Assembly: GCF_018350175.1 (NCBI RefSeq)
Contig: NC_058368.1
Span: forward strand, 125,118,001 to 125,182,000
Length of the DNA stretch: 64,000 bases
From: Felis catus
Taxonomy: Eukaryota
Direction: 5' to 3'
A program made the translations under genes and the position numbers. Positions 52,460 to 64,000 of the stretch are shown here, in pieces; position 1 is the stretch's first letter, and each line of letters starts with the position of its first letter. A model generated the notes under the pieces. The model saw only the letters and a program-made list of their open reading frames with translations. It did no database searches and was not told where the DNA came from.

Positions 52460-53289
52460 AAAATTACCACAAATTTGGTGGCTTAAAACAACAGAAGTTT
52501 ACTTTTCACAGTTCTAGAGGCTTGAAGTCCAAAAGCAAGATGTTAGCAGGACCATGCTCCCTCTGAAATCTCTAGGGAAGAATCCTTCCTTACTTTTTTC
52601 TAGAATCTGGTGACTCCTGGCAATCTCTGACATTCCTTGGCTTGAACTGCATCACTCCAAACTTTGCCTCCATCTTCTCATGGCCTCCTTTTCATGTGTC
52701 TCTCTGAGTCCCCCCCTTCTTATAATGAAAACAGTCACGGGATTTAGAGCCTACCCTATATCCAGGATGATTCCATCTCTTAAGATCCTTAACATCTGCA
52801 AAGACCCAGCATTCTGAGATTCCAGGTTGACATGAATTCCAGGGAACTATTACTTAACTCATCACAATTGCCTACAGGCCTTTTATGATATGGTATCTAC
52901 TTACCTCTCTATCCTCATCTCTTACCACTCTCCATCTCTCATTCAATCTTCAATCATACTAAACCCCTTGCAATTCTGGGACCACAGGATGTTCCTTCTC
53001 CCTTCTGCAAAAAGATCTTTGCATTTCCTGCCCATCTCTGTCTGGAATGTCCTTGCTATCTTCCTTTGCCTGACTCTTACTATTTTTCAGATTCAGTTGC
53101 TCTAGGAAGTTTTCCTAAATCTCACCCCTCATTTCCATTTGCTCCCCTCACCCTAGATTTACCTCAATCATAGCATGTTTTGCACTATTTCATCATTTTA
53201 ATTGCTGAGTCACTTCTATAGATCTCTTTCCCCATTTCTTTGCCAGTCAAATAATCAGTAAGGGACCAAACATTTCTTGTTTTGTTTTC

Positions 53290-53320
53290 TTTTTAAATTT
53301 TTTTTAATGGCTATTTATTT

Positions 53321-53378
<58 letters not shown>

Positions 53379-53557
53379 CAGAGCGTGAGTGGAGGAGGGG
53401 CAGAGAGAGAGGGAGATACAGAATCCAAAGTAAGCTCCAGGCTCTGAGACAGGCTCTGTCTGCACAGAGCCTGACACGGGGCTCAAACTCATGAACCATG
53501 AGATCTTGACCTGAGACAAAGTCAGATGGTCAACCAACTGAGCCACCCAGGTGCCCC
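53290..53557 (-). mobile_element. CanSINE
   Basis: Reverse SINE body; TSD tcttgttttgttttc. Confidence 0.9.
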
Positions 53558-54337
53558 TCTTGTTTTGTTTTCATTTGTAGTATTCTCAGAGCCTAACACA
53601 GAGCCTAATAGGCACTCTACAAATGATTACAGAATGAATGAATGAATCAATCAATGAAAAGCAGTTCACATATGGTAAGAATTTCCAGATGTTAAAATTG
53701 ATATGCAATAGCATCCGTGGTGGTTTCTTTATTCATGTTTCTCCTTTAAAGAGAATATTAACTTCATCTGAGGAAACTGTGAGTACTCCATGAATACTGA
53801 ATATCACATTAGGCAATATTAAATTACCCCATTTGGTTTTGGTGTTGCATGAGATGAAAACCCACTTTGAACTGACCGTAGCCGTATTCATTTTGATTTT
53901 CCTTAGATCAAATAATGTAAGATTCTCAATTACAGCCATAAACTTGAATGATGTAAATTATCATATGAATGGGTTTGAATTCCATATTAGTATTAACTTT
54001 AAGGAAAATTATGTAGTTTTTTTCTAAAGAGAAGAAAAGCTTCTATTGAAGTTGGAAAATGTGTATACCTGTAAGTGAAAGAACCAGAAAAATAGCCTTA
54101 AAGAAAAGAGAAAGTTAAAGTATGTAGATAGTATTGATTATCTGCAGGTAACTCACCACTCTCATTACAATAGAATTTAAATTATACAGTCACCTTGAAT
54201 AAAATTAGGACAGAGAAATGTTATTAGGAAGATCACATTCCCTTTTGTTAATTTTTGGAATGAAAGGCTCCCAGGATTTTTCAATATTTTCCTTTATGGT
54301 TAACAAAACATCACGGATTATGTAAGTATGTAGCAGG

Positions 54338-55305
54338 ATCTCACACTTGTCAGAATGGCTAAAATCAACAATATGAGAAACAACAAGTGTTGGTGAGAAT
54401 GCAGAGAAAAAGGAACCCTGTGCACTGTTGTTGGGATTTCAAACTGGTGCAGCCACTCTGGAAAACAGTATGGAGTTTCCTCAAAAGGTTAAAAATAGAA
54501 CTACCCTACGATCCAGCAACTGCATTACTGGGTATTTACCCAAAGCATACAAAAACACTCAAAGGGATACGTGCCCCTCCTAACTTTATAACAACATTAT
54601 TTACAATAGTCAAGATATAGAGGCAGCCCAAGTGTTGACTGATGGATAAAGAAGATGTGGTATATATATACAATGGAATGTTATTCAGCCATAAAAAAGA
54701 ATGAAATCTTGCCATTTGCAAAAACATAGATGGAGCTAGAGAGTATAATACTAAGCAAAGTAAGTCAGAGAAAGACAAATACCATATGATTTCACTCATA
54801 TGTGGAATTTAAGAAACAAAACAAACAGGGGCACCTGGGTTGTTCAGTCAGTTCAGTGACTCTTGGTTTTGGCTCAGGTCATGATCTTGCAGTTTGTGTA
54901 TTTGAGCCCTGGGTCAGGTTCTGTGCTGACAGCGCAGAGCCTGCTTGGGATTCTCTCTCCCTTTTTCTCTGCCCCTCCCCTATTCATTCTCTCTATCTCT
55001 CAAAATAAATAAACTTAAAAAAATTTGTTTAAAAAGAAACAAAACAAAGAAGCAAATAGGAAAAAAAAAAGAAAATGAATGAGACAAATCAAGAAACAGA
55101 CTCTTAATTATAAGGAATAAACTATTCTTTACCAGAGGGGAGGGGTGGGGATGGGCAAAATAGGTGATGGGGATTAAGGAGCACTTGTGGTGAGCACTGG
55201 GTGACATATGGAATTGCTGAATTACTATATTGTGCACCTGAAACTAATATTACACTGTATGTTAACTAATTAGAATTAAAATAAAAACCAAAAAAAAAAA
55301 AAAAA
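54338..55305 (+). mobile_element. 5'-truncated carnivore L1 with a nested CanSINE (about 54828-55030)
   Basis: ORF 54387-54620 [32 protein letters not shown]; poly-A; perfect TSD aagtatgtagcagg at 54324-54337 and 55306-55319. Confidence 0.93.
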
Positions 55306-55729
55306 AAGTATGTAGCAGGCTAGCTGGGTTACCTGAAAGAAAAGAACTTAAAAGCTAATTGTGGTTGAAGGACATCATCAAGTAGGACATCAATGATGGA
55401 GACAGTTCCTGGAGTCCCTTGGTTCCTGTGATCCCCCGGTCATGGGGAAGCACTTGTAGCTTGTGTTTAAAGGATTTGTAAGGACCTGCCAGAGGGGTGG
55501 CAAAGTTCTCCAGACTAACAGCAACCCAAGTTTCCAAGGGGCATCAAGAACAGAATAACTCAAAGGTGGAGGGACTGAGCTAGCTGTGATGAGACTAAGA
55601 AAGGGGAGTTTCTGGTGACTGCCTGGTCTTCAGACTGTCCTTGGGGAACTAAGCAAAATGAAAGAGGATGTCTAGTAGATAAAAAGACTACCCTTTACTT
55701 CACTTATTCCCTCCCTCCTCTCTTCTTTT

Positions 55730-55738
55730 CTCTCTTTT

Positions 55739-55809
<71 letters not shown>

Positions 55810-56010
55810 GAGGGAGAGAGTGGGTGCAGGAGAGTGGGGAGCGAGGGGCAGAGAGACAGAGAGAATCCTAGGAAAGGCAGAGAGAGAGAGAGAGACAAGT
55901 GGGGCTCACGCAAAGCAGGGCTCGAGATCACCTGAAGGGGAGCTCAAGCTGATGAACCAAACTGTGAAACCATGACCAGAGCGGAAGTCAGAGGCTTAAC
56001 ACCAGGTGTC
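55730..56010 (-). mobile_element. CanSINE with (TTTC)n tail
   Basis: (tttc)n at about 55737-55809 followed by a reverse SINE body. Confidence 0.8.
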
Positions 56011-57509
56011 CTTCTCGTCTCTCTTTCTACCCTCTCTCTCCCTATTCTCTCACACACCTGCTGTCTGGCCGTCTCTGGATTATTGGAAAGTAGGAAAAAA
56101 AGCAAGACAAATCTCTGTTATTCACATAACCTTTCCCTGAAGCCTATCTTTCTGTGAACAAAGGCCATGGCTGGAAAGAACTAGATACTCATTTATAACC
56201 CTCATTTCTGAAAATCTAGTCATTCATTGTTTTTTAATTCATTCATTTGTTCATCATTCATCATTCAACAAACATTTATTGAGCCTATAATGTTCTAGGT
56301 ATAAAATTTATCTTTCAGATCAATTATTTTCAATCCTTTTTCTTTAAGCCATGCAAGCATTTCTTTTCCAGTAAAGGATCACCGATGCTAAATATGGAAA
56401 ACATAAAAGCTGCACTGAGTAAATTGGGGTGAGGACACAGAACTTGCCCAATTCCTACTCTTCCTTGCCATGCAGCCCCTGAAAGATTCTGTGGAGAATA
56501 GCATACATACACTGTCCTGTAATGATCACTTTTGGAGGATGCTAGTGAACCACTGCATTAAGTTTGAAAACTGATAAAGAGAGCAAAGAATTAACCATTA
56601 CTCCTGTGCTTCCTATACACGCTGTCCCTCAGAATAAGCAAATATTTGATGAACAAGTTTCTCCTTATAGGACTACCAGTAGAAAGAAGGAACAATATTG
56701 AATTCAAATATCACCATTTTGCAATCTCTAATGAATCAACAGATCAAGTCAGTGATCATCAATGGTGGCTAACATCACAAAAAACAACCAGACTTTCTGT
56801 ACCACCTAATAGAAGAATGCACACCACCACTCACGAGGTTGTCTTGGAAAATAAATCCAGTGTCAATCTGGTTAATCACTAGATCTCATTTACAGAAAAT
56901 TTAAAGGAGAGAGGATCATGAAGGAATTCTGTCCTCTGCTTTTCTTGAAGTTGGCACCCCACATCAATATCTTCTTCCCGACTTCAGGTGCTCTAGCACT
57001 AGCTCAGAGACCTAGATAGAACAATTGAGGTTATTAAGTGGATAATTTGTTTATCTTTGAGGTTCCAGACAGAATTCTCTCTCCTCATCTTCAGTTCCTC
57101 ATTCTCTACCGATCGCTTTCATGAGCATTTAAATGTACAATTGGTTCCCAGTGCAAGTGGTTCCCTAAATCAGATGTATATTGTCTGTCAGTAGCATTCG
57201 TTGTAGATCCTCTTTGAAGCCATTCTGTTGTCCCTGCTATTGTGATATTGCATTCTTCCACTGGTTGTCCAGTCTCTCTGATCAGAGCTTCTCATTCTTT
57301 TCTGCCAAATAATCTTTACATGTTGGACATTTTTAAAGGCTCAGACCTGGCTTCCCTTCCTTCTCATTCTGTTCTCTTTCTCTTTCTCTCTCTCTCTCTT
57401 CCTTCCATCTCATCATACCCCTATCTTCAATTACTCACACTTCTTTAATGATTTATATTCTGATGACTCCCAAGTTTTTATTTCTGGCCTAGGTTTCTCT
57501 GATCACTTT

Positions 57510-58062
57510 AACATGTCTGCCAATTCTTTGACAATCCTTTCACCAATGATGGGGTCTAATTCCCCTTTGCTCAAACATGGCTTGGCCTTATGACTCTTAA
57601 CAAATAGAATGTGTGTAGTAGAATACTCTTGTTGGCAGGGATGCTATGTGACTTCTGAGGCAAGTTAGAAGAGGTGATACAGCTTCTTCCTGGCTCTCTC
57701 TTTCAGGATGCATGGTCTAGAGCCCTGAACCACCACATAAGAATTCTCATACCCTGAAGCTGCCTGAGAGACAAAGCAGAGACCATACTGAGGTAGACAG
57801 AGATGTCTGAGGAGCTTCAGCTGTTCCAGACTCAGAATCTTTCCCAACACAGTGTCAGGCATGTGAGTGAAGAGTCTTCCAGGTGACACCAGTCCCAGCC
57901 ATCAGTTGACTGTGACCTCATGACAGACCCAAGCCAGAACACCTCAGTCAAATCATTTCAGATTTTGACCCACAGAAACTGGGACAAGTAATAAATGACT
58001 ATTATTGTATAAAGACACTAAGTTTTGGGGTGCTTTGGTACTTAAAAATAGATATTCAGAAT
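57510..58062 (+). mobile_element. MaLR solo LTR (MLT1F/G-like)
   Basis: gatgctatgtgacttctgaggcaagttagaagaggtgatacagcttc...gacccacagaaactg...cactaagttttggggtgctttgg. Confidence 0.7.
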
Positions 58063-58090
58063 ACCCTCTGACTTTCACACAGACATCTCC

Positions 58091-58718
58091 TGAAGGAATT
58101 CAGGACATGCCACCCCAAATATGCCACTTTGGCATATTGACTATTTTGAGCTGAAGGCACTTGAGAAGCAGCAGATGCAAGAAGGGCTCTCTGACCTCCC
58201 CTTTCCTCTCTAAAAATAGCCCATAAAATTTCCCATGAGAAAGGTGCCCTCTTCCTGTAGCAGAAATAAAAGAACATCCATATCACCAGAAATTGGGTAT
58301 TGACACTGAGATGGATCTGTACAGATAAATTTACTAAAATCTTTACTTACTAAATTTATTAAAATCTTACTGTAATCTTACTAAAATCTTACCTTTATCT
58401 TCCACTAATCTCTTCACTCCCCACCCCCACCACCCCGTACATCTCCTAGTCTCTTCCCCATAATTTATTGCCTCTAGCCCAAACCTCCTTTGTCTTATCT
58501 CTTTTCAAATGTATTATTTCTTTATCTAAAAGGTATATATATAAACTTTTTGCTCTGGGCACATCTCTGGGTCATTTTCTTGTGAAGATTTTCATACATG
58601 TAAAATTCTAATTAAACTTGTATGCTTTTCTCCTGTTAATTTGTTTTAAGTCAGTTTAATTCTCAGGCCCAGCCAGAGATCCTAAGAGAGTAGAGAAGAA
58701 ATTTTTATTTCCTTCTCT
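58091..58718 (+). mobile_element. ERV1 solo LTR (MER34-like)
   Basis: tgaaggaattcaggacatgccaccccaaatatgccactttggcatattgactattttgagctgaaggc...; TATA-like tatatataaa near 58535; ends aggcccagccagagatcctaagagagtagagaagaaattttt. Confidence 0.7.
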
Positions 58719-59284
58719 CTGGCCCTATTGTTTCCCCATTTTGTCCTCTTGTTAAGTAGTTCATTACCTTCCTCCATCACCCACCTCCCAATCTTAGAAA
58801 CTTAGCTTCTTGGTTGATTTTCATTTGGTACTTGGAACAGTACTTCCCTCAATCTTTTCATATTTATTATCTGCCTTGTGTTTCCTAGAATTCTTATTTA
58901 GTAGCATCCAAGGCATTTGTGCAATATTTAAAAAAAAAAAAAAAAAGATCCCCACGGTGTAGCCAAGGCAGACAGCCTATAACAGAGACTCTTACATATG
59001 CATATATTGGAATGAAGATCCAAGTGTTTCATGAAAATAATTATCTCTGACTGAAGTAGAAGAAACATTAAGAACCATTAAACTTTGACATGAGTTGTTG
59101 ATGAAAGCAATAATTTCCTTTCCTAGAAGACATTAAAAGAATTAGATTCACAACAATTTAGGAATCTGAGTAGTAAAGATACTGTCAGTTCTAAAGCTAG
59201 GATAAAGATCTGAATGGCCAATGACCTGTGAGGAATCTAATTTTAAAGGCTAATACTGGCTTGGATTAGACGTATTTGTACCCA

Positions 59285-59386
59285 GGGGTGCCTGGGTGGC
59301 TCAGTGGGTTAAGCCTCACACTCTTGATTTCAGTTCAGATAGAGACCTTGGTTGGGCTCCACGCTGAGCATGGAGCCTGCTTGGGA

Positions 59387-59417
<31 letters not shown>

Positions 59418-59500
59418 TGTCTCTCCCTCTCTCTCTACCCCTTCCCCATGTGTGCACTTGTGCTCATGCTGTCTCTCCCCCGTCTCTCTCACTCTCTCTT

Positions 59501-59531
<31 letters not shown>

Positions 59532-60049
59532 GAAAAGAAAAGAAAAGAAAAGAAAAATATTTGCACCCAAAGCAAGGTTTCTGTACACAGTTCTAACCTG
59601 ATTAGTCCTACCAAGGGATAAATGATACATTTTTTTGGACTTGATTTCTCTTGGCCTTGATCTGCAACAGGAATGGAAAGAGCAGGATGAACTAAGAGAA
59701 TCTTTGTCATAGTACAGGAAGGGGAGGAGCAAGAGAAGAGGGTCAGGAAGACTAGGAATTCCCAGGTCTGCCCCAAGATGAGAGGAAATGAGACAGGATG
59801 ACAGACAAGTTAAGACAGGTTGTGCCCTAGATGGATTCATATGGAATTTCTTTGGGGCTTCCATAAACACACCTGTATCTCAGAAGGAAGAGCTGTCTGT
59901 CTGCCTTATTTTGTGAGAAATGTTGGTCATGAATGTAAATAAATAGTCCCAAGCTATTGTGTGTTAAATCGAAGAATAATTCTTTGATAAGAAAATACAA
60001 TAATGAATGTTTTGAGACAGGGAGAAGGAGAGAAAGAGAGAGACCTTCA

Positions 60050-60082
<33 letters not shown>

Positions 60083-60715
60083 CAAAAGAAAAGAAAAGAA
60101 AAGAAAAGAAAAGGAGAGGGAGAGAGGAAGTAATCCTTCATAAATTCCACAAGAAAAAAATACTAACGGAGGGCCTGGCTGACTGTGGGTAGAGCATGTG
60201 ACTCTTGATCTTGAGGTTTTAAGTTCTAGCCTCACATTGGGTGGAGATTACTTTTTTTTTTTAATTTTTTAATGTTTATTTATTTTCAAGAGACAGAGAG
60301 ACACAGTGTGAGCAGGGGAGGGGCAGAGAGAGAGGGAGAGACAGAATCTGAAGCAGGCCCCAGGCTCTGAGCTGTCAGCACAGAGCCCGACACGGGGCTC
60401 AAACTCATGAACTGTGAGATCATAACCTGAGCCAAAGTCAGACACCCAACCGACTGAGCCACCCAGGCGCCCCGAGATTACTTTTTAAAAAATTAATGAA
60501 GGGTGCCTGGGTGGCTCAATCAGTTAAGCATCTGACTCTTCATTTTGGCTCAGGTTATCATCTAATGGTTCATGAGTTAGAGCCCCACATCAGGCTCTGC
60601 AATGACAGTGTGGAGCCTGCTTAGGATTCTCTCTCCCTCCCTCTGTCTCTGTTCCTCCCCCACTGGTGCCCTCTTGCTCTCAAAATAAATAAACTTAAAA
60701 AAATTAAAAATTAAA
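59285..60715. mobile_element. CanSINE cluster (+59285-59555 with (GAAAA)n tail, +60170-60250, -60252-60473, +60500-60715) and a (GAAAA)n tract at about 60051-60112
   Basis: SINE bodies; TSD gagattacttttt around the 60252-60473 copy. Confidence 0.85.
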
Positions 60716-61279
60716 AATTAATGAAAGGGAAGACCAGGTTCAATGTTATCTATACTGCCACATATTGGAACATGAAATAAATCAGTATCTCAGTCCTCAG
60801 AAATTTTAAGACAATGAATAACTCATCTAAGGCAATGTATATTTAATAGAAAAGTCCCAAAGTGAAGCACTGCAGTAATCTAGAATGAACATGAACAGCT
60901 TCTGATGTTAGGCACATTAAGAGTGAGGTGTTTTGGGAAAACAGCTTTCTGTTTTTGACAAGTACCACATCCGAGATGACATCTGAATAATTAATATGTT
61001 TAGCCTTGATAATACATTTTCAGAAGGAATGTGTTACTCTGGATACAAATTTTCAAATAGCGAAAAGCACTTCTTACTGTCACCTGCCATTATGTGTCTT
61101 TCATCATCTATTTAGCCAGCTGTGCTGTTATGTAGGCAAAAGCAAACGTATAACAGATGCTCCTAGAACTTAAAGCATGAGGTGTTTTCAAACATGGCTA
61201 GCTACATTGCTTAGAAAGGAAAGGTGTCTGCACTGGAAAACAGATTAGTTTATCCACTAAGAGTAGTAGATAATGGAAT

Positions 61280-61450
61280 AAAATTCACCACCTGCCAGCT
61301 AGCTATGTGTTCTTGCGCTAAGTTATTTAAACTTTCCAAGCCTCAGTCTTCTCTTCTTCCGGGGATGGCTATGATAATTAAACAAGGTAATTCACTTAAC
61401 AACAAACACGTCTGGCAAAGGGTAAATGTTCAATAGATGTTAGCAATTCA
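61280..61450 (+). mobile_element. MIR
   Basis: agctatgtgttcttgcgctaagttatttaaactttccaagcctcagtcttctc...gttcaatagatgttagc. Confidence 0.65.
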
Positions 61451-63114
61451 CTATTTAATTTTTATTGAATCGCATATGTGAGAGCTTTGGCGAGCAAGGA
61501 AATAGTTTGAAGAAAGCAAGTTGGTTTGGTGCAGTACTGCAGCTGAGGCTGCTGCTTAGTGGCAAAAGACAATCAAAACAAAACAAAGAATACCTGTATG
61601 AGTGGTGCTCCCAAACTCTCACCTCAGCTTGAAGCAGAGAAGTTCAACTTTTATCATCTATATATTGAAGTTCTGGGTAAAATCTCAATAAAAAGTAGGG
61701 CAGCTGGGTGGCTGTAGGAATCAAATAAGATCAGTATAAGAAACTGCCATGGAAGCATAACATTTATAATATTATATAAATGTGTCAAGTTTAACTTGCT
61801 ATCTTCAAAAAGGCTAAGTATGAAAGCAAAGACAGGAACAGCCTTGGATGGGATAGATGACCTCTCAGGCCCTATTAGATCTGCCATTAAGACCTTGAAC
61901 CAAAATAATTATTTATATCTAACTTACTGAATTAAAACATTTTGACCCAATGAGGACCAAATAACAATTAGATGATAACACTGTGTTTAATGCGTTACTA
62001 CAGTAAATCTGTAGATCAAGTAAGATCCAACTATACCCATTATTTTTGGAAAATAATAGAAAAGAGCATAGTTTCTATCATTTTTATAGATACAGAGCTT
62101 AACAAACTTTTAAATTTATTTTATTTAACCAATGTTCCACTCTGCTGAATTTCATGATGCAGAAAATGGACCATATTGTAGAAAAGGCTATTGGGAAACC
62201 CAAAATTGAAAAGTAATGATCACAAGCCACTATGGAAAGTGGTTGTAAAGAATTGAATGAAAAATGAGTAACACTAAAAAGAAGTTAAATCTCCCAACTT
62301 AATAATGAGTCTAGTAAAGAAGTCACAGACTGAAGGGGTGATAATAACCACCTCGTTGGATAATAAATTTGATTTCATTTCTGTTCCTAAGACAGCAAAT
62401 TTATGAACAGCTCACAGTGGTGCAAAAAGTAATTTGAAATACACAGTAAGTTAATCAATGCTTGTTTTATGATTGCTGACCTAGGAAATTGCTGGCTGAG
62501 AAAGAGAAACACTCCGGGTCTCAGCTTCCAGTAGAGCCTCTCAGGCCTTCTCACCTGGTTTTTCTTCTTGGGTTGTCTCAATCCCTCTCAAAGTTCCAAA
62601 CGGTCACCTTTACATGGGTGTGTGCCCTTCTACCACTAACTTCACTCTCTGGGCTCCAAGCTCATGTTACTAATGGCCTACTTATTATAGGGCAAAAAAC
62701 TGTCCCATTTTCCTTAGGAATGAGATTTCCAGGATGCAGACTTTCAGGGCTCTAACTGGGCAGGGCCCAGCCACACTGGGACAGGACACAACTTACTACT
62801 ACATAACTCTCCTTGGTCACTCCTGAGGCAACTTACACTCAGCATATCCAAAAGTTATTGACCATCTTCCCCTTCAATGCAGTTCCTCACAATATTCTCT
62901 CCAGCAATGCTTGGCACCCTGTCTGTGCTGACTACCATGTTAGAAACCTTGAAGTGATCACAGACCTATCCTCTTCACCTATCTCCCACACAAAATTAAT
63001 AGAGTCCTCTGTGTGCGTCTTCTGAAAGCGATCGATGTCTCTTTAGTTGGTTTAACTTCCTTATAATCTCTTACATAGACTATTGCAAAGGCCTCTTATA
63101 AGATAAAAATGATA

Positions 63115-63867
63115 GGAGCACCTGGGTGGCTCAGTCGGTTAAGTGGCCGACTTCGGCTCAGGTCATGATCTTGCGGTCTGTGAGTTTGAGCCCCACATCA
63201 GGCTCTGTGCTGACAAGCTCAGGGCCTGCAGCCTGTTTCGGATTCTGTGTCTCCCTCTCTCTCTGACCCTCCCCCGTTCATGCTCTGTCTCTCTCTGTCT
63301 CAAAAATAAATAAACGTTTAAAACATAATAAAATAAAGTAAAACAAAATAAAATAAAATAAAAATGATAATTAAATATGCACTCTTTGACATGCCTCATT
63401 ACTTATGTTATTTGGGCTCTGTATTCATGTTTCTTTATTAGTAAAAAATATTAATATAAAGACTGAGGAAATGTTTCAGAGTAATGGGACATGATAGAAT
63501 CTTAGATTAGGGGAGAAAGTTCCCATAAAGGATAATATTGGGACAATCGATGAAAACTGAATATGGACTATAAGTTGATAATAGTATTTTATCAATATTA
63601 AACTTCATGAGTTAAGTCATCACTCAGTAGGTATGTATCTGAATGTCTTTGTTCTTTGTTTATAAGTTTTATGTATTTGTTTGTTTGTTTGTTTGTTTGT
63701 TTAGAGAGTGAGAGAGAGCACAAGCAGTGGAGGGGCAGAGAGAGAAGGAGACAGAGAATCCCAAGCAGGCTGCACACTGTCAGAACAAAGCCCAACACAG
63801 GGCTCAAACTCACAAACTGTGAGATTGTGGGATGCTTAACCAACTGAGCCACCCAGGCCAGGCGACC
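63115..63867. mobile_element. Two CanSINEs (+63115-63362, -63675-63867)
   Basis: SINE bodies; TSDs aaaatgata and ctgaatgtctttgtt. Confidence 0.88.
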
Positions 63868-64000
63868 CTGAATGTCTTTGTTTTTAAGATTTACATGCTG
63901 TTGGAGTGATAGGCCATGATCTTGGCAATTTTCATATTTTCAGGAAAACATTTTAAAAAATAAAAAAAAAGAAGGGGATAAAATAAAAAATAAAGAAGAT

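Larger units (their letters stand above)
50524..52866 (-). mobile_element. MaLR solo LTR (MLT1B/C-like) split by the ABHD10 retrocopy
   Basis: gtcttggtttcccagggcttctgtacaaaattaccac joins aaatttggtggcttaaaacaacagaag...cagttctagaggcttgaagtccaa...ccctatatccaggatga. Confidence 0.8.

Noticed and set aside
58325..58395. Short repeats (ttactaaaatc)-like as a CRISPR-like or functional array
   Set aside because: Irregular AT-rich slippage repeats inside an ERV1 LTR; no spacers, and the sequence is eukaryotic
1..64000. A novel multi-gene biological system
   Set aside because: Nearly all structure is explained by known retroposons, LTR relics, a DNA transposon and processed pseudogenes; no intact unknown gene could be supported from sequence alone

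Overview
Mammalian genomic DNA from a carnivore, almost certainly a felid: about 55 tRNA-derived CanSINEs including young SINEC_Fc-type copies, plus felid/carnivore L1s. The window is repeat-dominated intergenic or intronic sequence with no CpG island and no recognisable intact multi-exon gene. Contents: an ancient L1 (about 0.5-8.7 kb) riddled with nested insertions; several 5'-truncated younger L1s; MaLR/ERVL/ERV1 solo LTRs; a Tigger2-type DNA transposon; MIR/L2 relics; and four L1-mobilised retrocopies of cellular RNAs. These four are a decayed RPL7 processed pseudogene, a near-intact ABHD10 retrocopy (283-codon ORF with the catalytic triad kept, C-terminal 23 aa lost), a 3'UTR-only mRNA retrocopy, and a 33-nt tailless U6 snRNA retropseudogene with a 17-bp TSD. 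I found no evidence for a new biological system. The best leads are the ABHD10 retrocopy, the tailless U6 insertion, and two inverted L1s that share a premature stop and other variants. Repeat subfamily names and parent-gene comparisons come from recalled consensus sequences, not a database search, and many boundaries are approximate.
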